64,000 nucleotides of DNA from Chloroflexota bacterium. Lineage in GTDB: Bacteria > Chloroflexota > Anaerolineae > Anaerolineales > E44-bin32. Of this stretch, positions 16,557 through 24,234 are shown piece after piece (the stretch's first letter is position 1; each line of letters opens with the position of its first letter). The stretch is from contig JADFRQ010000002.1 of NCBI GenBank assembly GCA_022561215.1, positions 5,594 to 69,593 on the forward strand. The letters run 5' to 3'. The notes under the pieces are model-generated. The model ran no database searches. It was not told the origin of the DNA and saw only the letters and a program-made list of their open reading frames with translations. The position numbers and the translations under genes are program-made.

Positions 16557-19197
16557 TCCGGAAATTGAAATCGACAAGCGCGAGGTTCGGTTGCTTGGGC
16601 TCGCGTTTCTTTTTCTTCTCGCCGTGTCATTCTCCATTGCGATCGCTGCCAGTGTACGAGAAAACGACTGGTTAATTTCGATCGAATCGGTTCGGCATTT
16701 TATTATTTTGCCCGTATGGGCGATCGGAATATTCACCATTGTCCGCAGCCTGCGTAGATATTTTCCGAGCAGAGACCCTTATCTCCTACCGGTAGCCGCT
16801 TTGCTTAGCGGCTGGGGAATGCTGACAATTTGGCGTTTGGATCCCATCTTTGGCGCAAGGCAACTGGTTTGGTTTCTGCTGGCTCTTACCTTATTATTCT
16901 TCATTTTGAGAACCAAGCCAGACCTAAATTGGTTGCGTGAATACCGTTATCTATGGCTATCCGCAGGCGTAATCCTGCTCGCCTCTACCCTAATCTTTGG
17001 CACGAATCCATCCGGCGCTGAGCCACGTTTGTGGCTGGGGTGTTGCGGAATTTACTTTCAACCCTCCGAACCGCTTCGATTGTTGTTGATCGTCTTTTTG
17101 GCTTCCTACTTCGCGGATCGCATGGTATTTCGATGGATCGACAAAAGACCTTCCCTTTTCAGCTCCCTCGCCCCTCTTTTGGTAGTTTGGGCATTCTCCA
17201 TTTCTTTTCTCTTCATCCAGCGCGATCTCGGCACGATGACTCTTTTTATTTTTCTCCTGGCAGTACTGCTGTACATTGCCTCGTCGAGGTGGGAGGTGCT
17301 GCTTGCCGCTGGCCTCTTCACGTTGGCCGGATCTGCTGCGGGGTTTTTCTTTCTCGATATCATTCGTACTCGCTTTGACGCATGGATCAACCCATGGCTT
17401 GACTCAATCGGTGGCTCGTATCAAATCGTGCAGTCATTAATTGCATTAGCCGCGGGCGGAATTATTGGAAGAGGCCCAGGAAACGGCTCGCCTGGCATTG
17501 TGCCCGCTGCACACACCGACTTTATCTTCAGCGCAATTACGGAAGAATGGGGCATGCTGGGTGCTCTGGGTATGATTGCCCTCTTCGCTATTTTCGTCGC
17601 CCGCGGGTTGAAAATCGCTAGCTGCTTGCATTCCCCCTTTGACAAACTGCTTGCCGCCGGTATCGCCGTCGCCATTGGCTTGCAAACCATCATGATTATA
17701 GGCGGCGTGATCCGCTTTCTCCCAATGACGGGGATTACGGTACCGTTTGTCTCCTATGGCGGTTCATCGCTGATTACGAGTTTTGTTGCACTTGGACTCC
17801 TGCTGGTCCTTTCCAATCGTGCGAGCAGAATAGCCGAGAGCTCGCGTCCGCTGCTTGTCACTCAGGCATTTTTCAGTATTGCTTGGGCTTCGCTGGCAAT
17901 TATGGTTGCATGGTGGACAATCGTTCGCGGCCCAGATCTAGTAGCGCGCTTCGATAACCCTCGGCGGGCAATCGCTGAACGCTACTCGCGACGTGGGTCC
18001 ATTCTTGATTCAAGAGGCGAAATTCTCGCCGAATCAGATGACATACGCGGCTCCTATCAACGCACGGTATTATCCGGTTCCTATTCTTCTGTGGTTGGTT
18101 ATCATTCTGCTTTTTATGGGCAAACGGGTATTGAAGCATCGATGGACGATTTCCTGCGCGGGAATACGGGATTCGATCCCCTCCAGTTGGCGACAAGTAC
18201 TTTCCTGAGAGGTTATCCTCCATACGGCCTCGATGTAAGACTTACGCTTAATGCGCAGCTGCAAATTTCCGTAGCGCAACTTATGCAAGGTTCACGAGGG
18301 GCCGTAGTTGTGCTCGACAGCATGAATGGCCGTATCCTTGCCCTGGTCTCATCCCCCAGCTTTGATCCCAATACTCTCGCCGATGATTGGGAGACACTCA
18401 TTGCGCGTCAAGATGCTCCCTTGCTCAATCGTGCCAGTCAATCACAATACCAGCCCGGGATGCTGTTATCTCCTCTGCTGGTTGCCTTGGCCGCAGACCA
18501 GGAGCTGGTTGACATTAACGCTCCCTCAGGCATCCAATTGGAACCCGTCATTTTCCAAGGACAACAATTCGATTGTTCTCAGAGCCCTCCATTGACGAAA
18601 ACCGCAACCTTGGGCAACGCCGTTCGTTATGGATGCCCGGGTCCAATTGTCGAACTCGCTGAACTTCTGGGGGGCGAATGGATTCAGGATGCCCTGGCGA
18701 CCCTGAATTTTTATCAAGCCGTTAAAATCGGGATTGAATCCACAAAGCCCGCGGATCTTGATCCCATACAAAACGGCACAGCTGCGCAATTGGCTGCAAT
18801 AGGGCAAGGTGATTTGACGGTCACTCCTTTGCAAGTGGCGCGCGCATATGCGGCTCTATTCAATCAGGGAATCCTTCCGGTTTTGGAATTAGTCCGATCC
18901 TATCAAAACGCAGATGGGGATTGGGTGGCCTTGGCGGGTGATGAAAGCCCGCATGCGATCCTCAGCGCCGAGGCCACTCAAATCGTTGTGACAGCGGCGA
19001 AAGAGCACCAAGAACTTATTCGTAGCTTCGGCTATCTAGCATCGGCAGGACCCATTGGGGGTAAAATTGCATGGTATCTGGCCAGCGACCGTCAAAATCG
19101 CCTTGTCGTCATCGTACTTGAATCTGATTCAATCGATAGGGCTGAAACAATCGGTCTTGCCGTTCTACAACATCTCAATTCTCCCACAGCGCCTTGA
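16534..19197 (+). CDS. SEDS peptidoglycan polymerase (RodA/FtsW family) fused to a PbpA-like class-B PBP domain with degenerate transpeptidase motifs
   Basis: A single 887-codon ORF. The N-terminal half is multi-pass with PAAHTDFIFSAITEEWG and PFVSYGGSSL. The C-terminal half carries GAVVVLDSMNGRILALVSSPSFDPN, PLLNRA and IGQGDLTVTPLQVARAYAALFNQG. It reads QPGMLLSP, VRYGCPG and ASAGPIGG where SxxK, SxN and KTG are expected. The only in-frame start near the 5' end is TTG 16534, which overlaps the mtnP stop by 23 nt. Confidence 0.85.
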   Translation: MSINTFLDPEIEIDKREVRLLGLAFLFLLAVSFSIAIAASVRENDWLISIESVRHFIILPVWAIGIFTIVRSLRRYFPSRDPYLLPVAALLSGWGMLTIWRLDPIFGARQLVWFLLALTLLFFILRTKPDLNWLREYRYLWLSAGVILLASTLIFGTNPSGAEPRLWLGCCGIYFQPSEPLRLLLIVFLASYFADRMVFRWIDKRPSLFSSLAPLLVVWAFSISFLFIQRDLGTMTLFIFLLAVLLYIASSRWEVLLAAGLFTLAGSAAGFFFLDIIRTRFDAWINPWLDSIGGSYQIVQSLIALAAGGIIGRGPGNGSPGIVPAAHTDFIFSAITEEWGMLGALGMIALFAIFVARGLKIASCLHSPFDKLLAAGIAVAIGLQTIMIIGGVIRFLPMTGITVPFVSYGGSSLITSFVALGLLLVLSNRASRIAESSRPLLVTQAFFSIAWASLAIMVAWWTIVRGPDLVARFDNPRRAIAERYSRRGSILDSRGEILAESDDIRGSYQRTVLSGSYSSVVGYHSAFYGQTGIEASMDDFLRGNTGFDPLQLATSTFLRGYPPYGLDVRLTLNAQLQISVAQLMQGSRGAVVVLDSMNGRILALVSSPSFDPNTLADDWETLIARQDAPLLNRASQSQYQPGMLLSPLLVALAADQELVDINAPSGIQLEPVIFQGQQFDCSQSPPLTKTATLGNAVRYGCPGPIVELAELLGGEWIQDALATLNFYQAVKIGIESTKPADLDPIQNGTAAQLAAIGQGDLTVTPLQVARAYAALFNQGILPVLELVRSYQNADGDWVALAGDESPHAILSAEATQIVVTAAKEHQELIRSFGYLASAGPIGGKIAWYLASDRQNRLVVIVLESDSIDRAETIGLAVLQHLNSPTAP

Positions 19198-19358
19198 CCC
19201 TCTCCTTGATCGAGACTACAATTCCGCGCATAAGGTTTGTGCGGTTTGATCTCCGCCGGCCGGTCGCTGAAGCAGGTAGACCGATCGGCGGCTTGTATGT
19301 CAGCATAGGAGCACGAGTGCGAATTGGTAGACGGGTGATTCGGGAGCAGAATTGAAAA

Positions 19359-20681
19359 ATGTTCGCATCCTTAACCGATCGACTCCAAGGAATCTTCCGC
19401 GATCTCGGCCGTCGTGGAAAACTACACGAGGCTGACATTGAAGGGGCTTTGCGTGAGATTCGCTTAGCACTATTGGAAGCTGATGTTCATTACCAGGTAG
19501 TCAAAGATATCCTCGCCACAGTGCGCCAGGCATCAATGGGCGAAGACGTTTCACGAGCGATTAATCCCTCCCAACAAATCATTAATATTCTTCATCAAGA
19601 GTTAGTTAACACCCTCGGCGAGTCCGGGAAGCTCAACCTTATTGGCCCTCAACCAAGAGTAATCTTACTGGTTGGATTGCAAGGTTCGGGGAAAACAACC
19701 ACCACGGCGAAATTAGCCAAGCGTCTGCGTTCTCAAGGTGAGCGCGTATGGATGGTCGCCGCCGATCCCTATCGCCCGGCAGCAGCAGATCAACTTTCTG
19801 CACTGGCCGAAGAAATAAATATTCCCGTATTTAACGATCCAACCCTTGCGCCTCCTGCTCTTTGTGCTGCAGGTATTGAAGCAGCAGCGAAGGGTGGTGC
19901 TTCAGTCGTCCTCCTGGACACTGCAGGACGCTCGCAGCTCGACACTAAATTGATCGAGGAGCTGCAACAAATTCGGGATAAGGTCAATCCGATTGAAACA
20001 TTGCTTGTTGCCGATGCAATGACCGGACAGGAAGCAGTGAACATCGCGCAAGGCTTTCTCGATTCCGTCAACCTAAGCGGGCTTATTCTTAGTAAGATGG
20101 ATGGTGATGCTCGCGGCGGTGCGGCTATATCGATGAGGACAACCACCGGTGTACCCATAAAATTTATTGGTACCGGGGAGGATCTCGACGCATTAGAGAC
20201 GTTTTATCCAGATCGCCTGGCTTCAAGAATCATGGGCATGGGCGACGTGCTCACATTGATTGAGAAGGCTGAAGCAGTTTATGAGAAAGAAAATGCCAAA
20301 GAACAAGTAGCAAAACTGCTGCATGGCGATTTCAACCTATTGGATTATGCGGAGCAGCTGTCTCAAATGCGCAAGCTCGGGCCACTAAATAAAATACTTG
20401 AAATGCTCCCCGGAGGCCTGAGCAATATCGCGGTACAGGTTGACAGTGCGGATGCAGAAAAAAAACTGGTTCTATCGCAAGCCATAATCCAATCCATGAC
20501 AATGCAAGAGCGTATTAAGCCTGCTATATTGAACGGGAAGCGGAGAAGAAGGATCGCAGCCGGATCTGGAACAACGGTTCAGGAAGTCAACCAATTGTTG
20601 CGAACATTTAACCAGATGAAGAAAATGTTTAAAATGGTAGGTAAGCGTGGTCTCAAGGGTCTACCTCCTGGACTGCGCTGA
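19359..20681 (+). CDS. ffh: Signal recognition particle protein Ffh (SRP54)
   Basis: The sequence begins MFASLTDRLQGIFRDL..GKL and has an NG domain (GLQGSGKTTTTAKLA, DTAGR, SKMDGDARGG). The Met-rich M domain includes LGMGD-like MGMGDVLTLIEKAE. Confidence 0.95.
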   Translation: MFASLTDRLQGIFRDLGRRGKLHEADIEGALREIRLALLEADVHYQVVKDILATVRQASMGEDVSRAINPSQQIINILHQELVNTLGESGKLNLIGPQPRVILLVGLQGSGKTTTTAKLAKRLRSQGERVWMVAADPYRPAAADQLSALAEEINIPVFNDPTLAPPALCAAGIEAAAKGGASVVLLDTAGRSQLDTKLIEELQQIRDKVNPIETLLVADAMTGQEAVNIAQGFLDSVNLSGLILSKMDGDARGGAAISMRTTTGVPIKFIGTGEDLDALETFYPDRLASRIMGMGDVLTLIEKAEAVYEKENAKEQVAKLLHGDFNLLDYAEQLSQMRKLGPLNKILEMLPGGLSNIAVQVDSADAEKKLVLSQAIIQSMTMQERIKPAILNGKRRRRIAAGSGTTVQEVNQLLRTFNQMKKMFKMVGKRGLKGLPPGLR

Positions 20682-20787
20682 TCGGAAGATATGCTTGGAA
20701 GAGCTGGCCTTCATACACTCCGTCCCGTGTAGCCTCACCAGCCGAACCGACGCCTGACAAAAACTGAGAAGGAGAAAGCTACGTACA

Positions 20788-21507
20788 ATGGTGAGAATAC
20801 GATTAAGAAGAGTAGGCGCTCGTGGCCAGCCATCCTATCGCGTTGTGGCTGCAGATAAGGAAAGTCCGCGCGACGGCCGATTTCTTGAAACCCTTGGGAC
20901 TTACAATCCGCGAACCGAGCCGGCAACCATTAATCTTAACGAGGCGCGCATATTTCATTGGTTAAAAAATGGAGCGCAGCCCTCTGATTCAGTGCTCCAG
21001 ATCATGAAAACGGCCGGTGCATGGCAGCGATGGGAGCGTTTTAAACAGGGTGAAGAACTCGATAAACTTCTCGAGGAGGCTGCCGCTGCTAAAGTTGATG
21101 TCGATCCACGAACCCGAAGAGATGACTTAAGGCAGGTACAGAAGCCAAAGAAGAAAAGCGAGAAGGCAGAACCGGCGCCCGATATGGATGCAGCCGAAGC
21201 TGAACCAGTGGCGGAAGAGAGTGAAGCCACGCCGGATGAAGATGCTGCCAAAGATGAACCTGTGGCGGATGAGAGTGAAGCCGCGCACGATGAAGATGTA
21301 GCCAAAGATGAACATGTGGCGGATGAGAGTGAAGCCGCGCCCGATGAAGATGGAGCCAAACGCGAGAGTGAAGAGCCTTCTGGAGAAGATCCTGATGATG
21401 CCGCCGGAAGCGAATCTTCTGAGGATGAAGAAACCGAAACGGGAGGAGAATCGTCTGCGGCTGGGGACGAGGAAAAGGCTAATAACAGCGCCGCGGAAGA
21501 GAACTAG
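20788..21507 (+). CDS. rpsP: 30S ribosomal protein S16 with about 150-aa acidic repetitive C-terminal extension
   Basis: The N-terminal about 85 aa form the S16 core (MVRIRLRRVGARGQPSYRVVAADKESPRDGRFLETLGTYNP..ARIFHWLKNGAQPSD). The remainder is a D/E/A-rich tail containing 3 tandem 18-aa units. Confidence 0.9.
   Translation: MVRIRLRRVGARGQPSYRVVAADKESPRDGRFLETLGTYNPRTEPATINLNEARIFHWLKNGAQPSDSVLQIMKTAGAWQRWERFKQGEELDKLLEEAAAAKVDVDPRTRRDDLRQVQKPKKKSEKAEPAPDMDAAEAEPVAEESEATPDEDAAKDEPVADESEAAHDEDVAKDEHVADESEAAPDEDGAKRESEEPSGEDPDDAAGSESSEDEETETGGESSAAGDEEKANNSAAEEN
21202..21360 (+). repeat. Three tandem 54-nt (18-codon) in-frame repeats inside the rpsP tail
   Basis: The units start at 21202, 21256 and 21310. 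The consensus is gaacNtgtggcggaWgagagtgaagccRcgcNNgatgaagatgNNgccaaagat, encoding EPVA(D/E)ESEA(A/T)xDED(A/V/G)AKD. Confidence 0.9.
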
Positions 21508-21609
21508 ATCGCGGTTAGGCGAAAGAGATCAGGTTTTTTCTCCAGGCGGCGAATGTGTGCCTTTTAGGGCTACCCCAATAGCATAGGTGTGAGTTTGAGA
21601 GGAAATAAA

Positions 21610-21837
21610 ATGGACGAGCTGATTGAATATATCGCCAAATCACTTGTAGAGGACCCAACGCAAGTGCGAGTTTCCACACATCCGCGTCACGGTGAAGTTC
21701 ATCTCGAATTGAGCGTGGCAGATGAGGACATGGGCAGAGTAATCGGCCGCAAAGGCCGAGTGGCCAACTCCATGCGCGCTTTGTTGCGCGTTGCAGCCTC
21801 CCAGCGTGGTGAGCGAGCGAGCCTAGAAATAACATAA
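21610..21837 (+). CDS. KH-domain RNA-binding protein (YlqC/UPF0109 family)
   Basis: The sequence is MDELIEYIAKSLVEDPTQVRVS..LELSVADEDMGRVIGRKGRVANSMRALL. It occupies the classic position between rpsP and rimM. The start is set at ATG 21610, with GAGAGGA 7 nt upstream. The track ORF starts at GTG 21589. Confidence 0.8.
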   Translation: MDELIEYIAKSLVEDPTQVRVSTHPRHGEVHLELSVADEDMGRVIGRKGRVANSMRALLRVAASQRGERASLEIT

Positions 21838-21859
21838 CACATAGCGCCATGGGTTACGC

Positions 21860-22387
21860 GTGAAATCTTCAGGCGCCCGCCATACCCCGGAGTATCTTCC
21901 TGTCGGGCGGGTTCTTCGTCCACACGGTATACGCGGCGCGCTGCTGGTTGAGAGCGATTCCGATGTTGGATTCAGCATATCCACCGGTTCAACAATTTAC
22001 CTGGGTGACGAAGACTCGATCTTCACCGTCCAATCTTTCAGCAAGCACCGCAAACAATATCTGCTCAAACTCGAAAATATGGATTCGCGCGAGGCTGCGG
22101 AGGCCTACCGGGATCGAACGATCCTAATCCTTTTTGAGAATACGGAACCGCTTGCAGAAAATGTTTTTTATCACTGGCAGTTAAAAGGATTAAGTGTCGT
22201 GAAAAACGATGGACAGATCCTCGGCGAATTGGTGGATATTATTGTCACCGGAGCTAACGACGTTTATATTGTTCGCTCGGACAGCGGGGAGGAAATATTG
22301 CTTCCGGCCATAAAAAGTGTTGTCGAAGAGGTAGATTTGGAGCGCGGCAAGATGATCGTAAATATTATTGCTGGTCTGCTTGATTGA
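21860..22387 (+). CDS. rimM: 16S rRNA processing protein RimM
   Basis: LPVGRVLRPHGIRGALLVE is the RimM N-terminal signature, and a PRC-barrel-like C-terminus is present. Synteny is rpsP-KH-rimM. The start codon is GTG. Confidence 0.88.
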   Translation: MKSSGARHTPEYLPVGRVLRPHGIRGALLVESDSDVGFSISTGSTIYLGDEDSIFTVQSFSKHRKQYLLKLENMDSREAAEAYRDRTILILFENTEPLAENVFYHWQLKGLSVVKNDGQILGELVDIIVTGANDVYIVRSDSGEEILLPAIKSVVEEVDLERGKMIVNIIAGLLD

Positions 22388-22441
22388 GCAGGAATTCGGG
22401 AAAATATTATTCTTAAGGGGTAAGAGATCTATATTCTTTGA

Positions 22442-22777
22442 TCAATCTTGATTTACATCATCTACCGGCGATTGCCCTTCGAGGCATAATACACCCTGGG
22501 AACCCACAAGAGAATCATATGCGAATCCTGCTGGTAACTCCAGGCGATCTCCAGGATGTAGGGCGAAATCTTCATTCGTCTGGGGAATGCGATACGTGAT
22601 GGAGCCACGTACTACGAGGATCACCTTATCGTAATTATCGCGACGCGGAGGAAATTTGAATCCTGCATCTTTTATCCAGCGCGAGGCGCTGTAACCCTGC
22701 ATCTCCAGATTTCGAAGAAGTACGGCTTCACTCAGCGTTTGTTCCCAAGTCCATCTACCGACATTCGGCCGCTTCAT
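22442..22777 (-). CDS. Small cupin-fold protein
   Basis: The 111-aa product carries ILVVRGSITYRI..LHPGDRLELPAGFAYDSLVGSQGVLCLEG, which resembles a cupin barrel. No metal-binding His cluster was recognised. Confidence 0.5.
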   Translation of the reverse strand: MKRPNVGRWTWEQTLSEAVLLRNLEMQGYSASRWIKDAGFKFPPRRDNYDKVILVVRGSITYRIPQTNEDFALHPGDRLELPAGFAYDSLVGSQGVLCLEGQSPVDDVNQD

Positions 22778-22797
22778 AATCCCACCTCCCTGCTCAC

Positions 22798-24105
22798 CTA
22801 GCCGACAATCGTTGCGTAGAATAGAGGCAGTCGATCCACGGGGGTAAGCGCAAACTTGTGCGCAGCCAGCCCCCGGCGTCTCGCCTCATCAAGATTTTTT
22901 TTGTCACTGGCAAACACGGTAAAAAGCGCATCACCTTTCTCGACTGCATCTCCGACCTTGTGATGAATGACGATCCCAACAGCATGATCCACCGGGTCCT
23001 CTTTCATTGCCCTTCCCGCGCCAAGCCACATGGCAGTCATGCCAATTTGACGTGCATCAATCAAAGTGATGTATCCGCTTTCGGGAGCTGGAATAACTTC
23101 CTTGAGAGATGCCGAGGGAAGGAGAGATACATCATTTACCACGCGCACATCTCCTCCCTGTGCTTCGACGAGCAGCTGAAATTTTGAAAGGGCACTCCCA
23201 TCCCGAAGTGATCGTGCTGCTAGTTTCTTGCCGTCTTCGAGATTGGATGTTTTTTCGGCCAACGTGATCATATGCCCCGCTACTACAATGCAATGTTCTA
23301 GGAAATCACTCGGCCCTTCACCATGCAATGTCTCAATCGCTTCTTGCACTTCAATCGCGTTGCCGACCGCGTTGCCTAAAGGTTGATTCATATTCGCAAT
23401 CAAGGCGACAACACGTTTTGACGCCCGTTTCCCAATATCAACCATTGCCTCTGCCAATTGCGTCCCCTCTTGCACATTTCGCATGAATGCGCCCACGCCA
23501 ACTTTGACGTCAAGCACAATTGCGTCGGCTCCTGAAGCTATTTTCTTGCTCATCACTGACGCAGCAATCAGCGGAATGGAGGATACCGTTCCCGTGACGT
23601 CGCGCAAAGCATAAAGCTTCCCGTCGGCAGGAGCTAACTCCACAGATTGACCGGTAAGAACAATTCCGATATTTTTAAGTTGGGAAATAAATTCCTCTCT
23701 GGTCAAGTTAATCCGATAGCCAGGGATTGATTCCATCTTATCCAGCGTGCCCCCCGTGAAGCTCAGACCCTTGCCCGACATTTTCCCGATAGGAAGCCCG
23801 GTTGCCGCAACGATGGGAAGGACGACTAGGCTCGTTTTATCGCCAACACCTCCGGTTGAATGTTTATCCACGGCGAAAGGCACTACCGCGCTGAGATCAA
23901 TCACTTCACCCGATTCGACCATCGCTTGCGTGAGATCAAATGTCTCTCGACCCGACATTCCCTTCATCAGCACCGCCATCGCCCATGCGGAGGCCTGATA
24001 ATCAGGAATCTCGCCATGTGTAAATCCTTCGATGAAGAAATTAATTTCTTCTTTTGACAGTTCACCGCCATCACGTTTCTTAATGATTAGGTCAACGGCG
24101 CGCAT
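22798..24105 (-). CDS. deoA: Thymidine/pyrimidine-nucleoside phosphorylase
   Basis: Recognised segments are MRAVDLIIKKRDGGELSKEEINFFIEGFTHGEIPDYQASAWAMAVLMKGM, VDKHSTGGVGDKTSL and SGKGLSFTGGTLDK. The start is set at ATG 24105 (Met28 of the track ORF), giving about 435 aa. Confidence 0.9.
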   Translation of the reverse strand: MRAVDLIIKKRDGGELSKEEINFFIEGFTHGEIPDYQASAWAMAVLMKGMSGRETFDLTQAMVESGEVIDLSAVVPFAVDKHSTGGVGDKTSLVVLPIVAATGLPIGKMSGKGLSFTGGTLDKMESIPGYRINLTREEFISQLKNIGIVLTGQSVELAPADGKLYALRDVTGTVSSIPLIAASVMSKKIASGADAIVLDVKVGVGAFMRNVQEGTQLAEAMVDIGKRASKRVVALIANMNQPLGNAVGNAIEVQEAIETLHGEGPSDFLEHCIVVAGHMITLAEKTSNLEDGKKLAARSLRDGSALSKFQLLVEAQGGDVRVVNDVSLLPSASLKEVIPAPESGYITLIDARQIGMTAMWLGAGRAMKEDPVDHAVGIVIHHKVGDAVEKGDALFTVFASDKKNLDEARRRGLAAHKFALTPVDRLPLFYATIVG

Positions 24106-24111
24106 TCTCGG

Positions 24112-24117
24112 ATTATA
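24112..24117 (-). promoter_or_regulatory. TATAAT -10 box 6 nt upstream of the deoA ATG (leaderless-start candidate)
   Basis: The minus strand reads gagggTATAATccgagaATGCGCGCC. Confidence 0.3.
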
Positions 24118-24234
24118 CCCTCGGCCCATGGATTGAATGCAATTCGCTCGCCAAAGCGAATACTTAATCTGGCAGGCTTTTTTCAAACATCAAGGCGCTG
24201 CTATAATCGCCATGACCTCAACAAGGAGTTTCGC

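Noticed and set aside
19198-19358. SRP RNA, or a tRNA-Leu-like sequence, upstream of ffh. A hairpin CCGCCGGCCGGTC..GACCGATCGGCGG is present, and the string gcgaattggtagacg resembles a class II tRNA D-arm.
   Set aside because: No GGAAG/CAGCC-type SRP domain IV motif is present. No anticodon arm or T-arm (GTTCRANYC) can be folded downstream of the D-arm-like string. It is most likely a chance match or a tiny relic.
20955-21359. A 134-aa Ser/Ala-rich ORF antisense to the rpsP tail.
   Set aside because: It is the mirror image of the GA-rich acidic repeats in rpsP, which makes it a low-complexity artefact.
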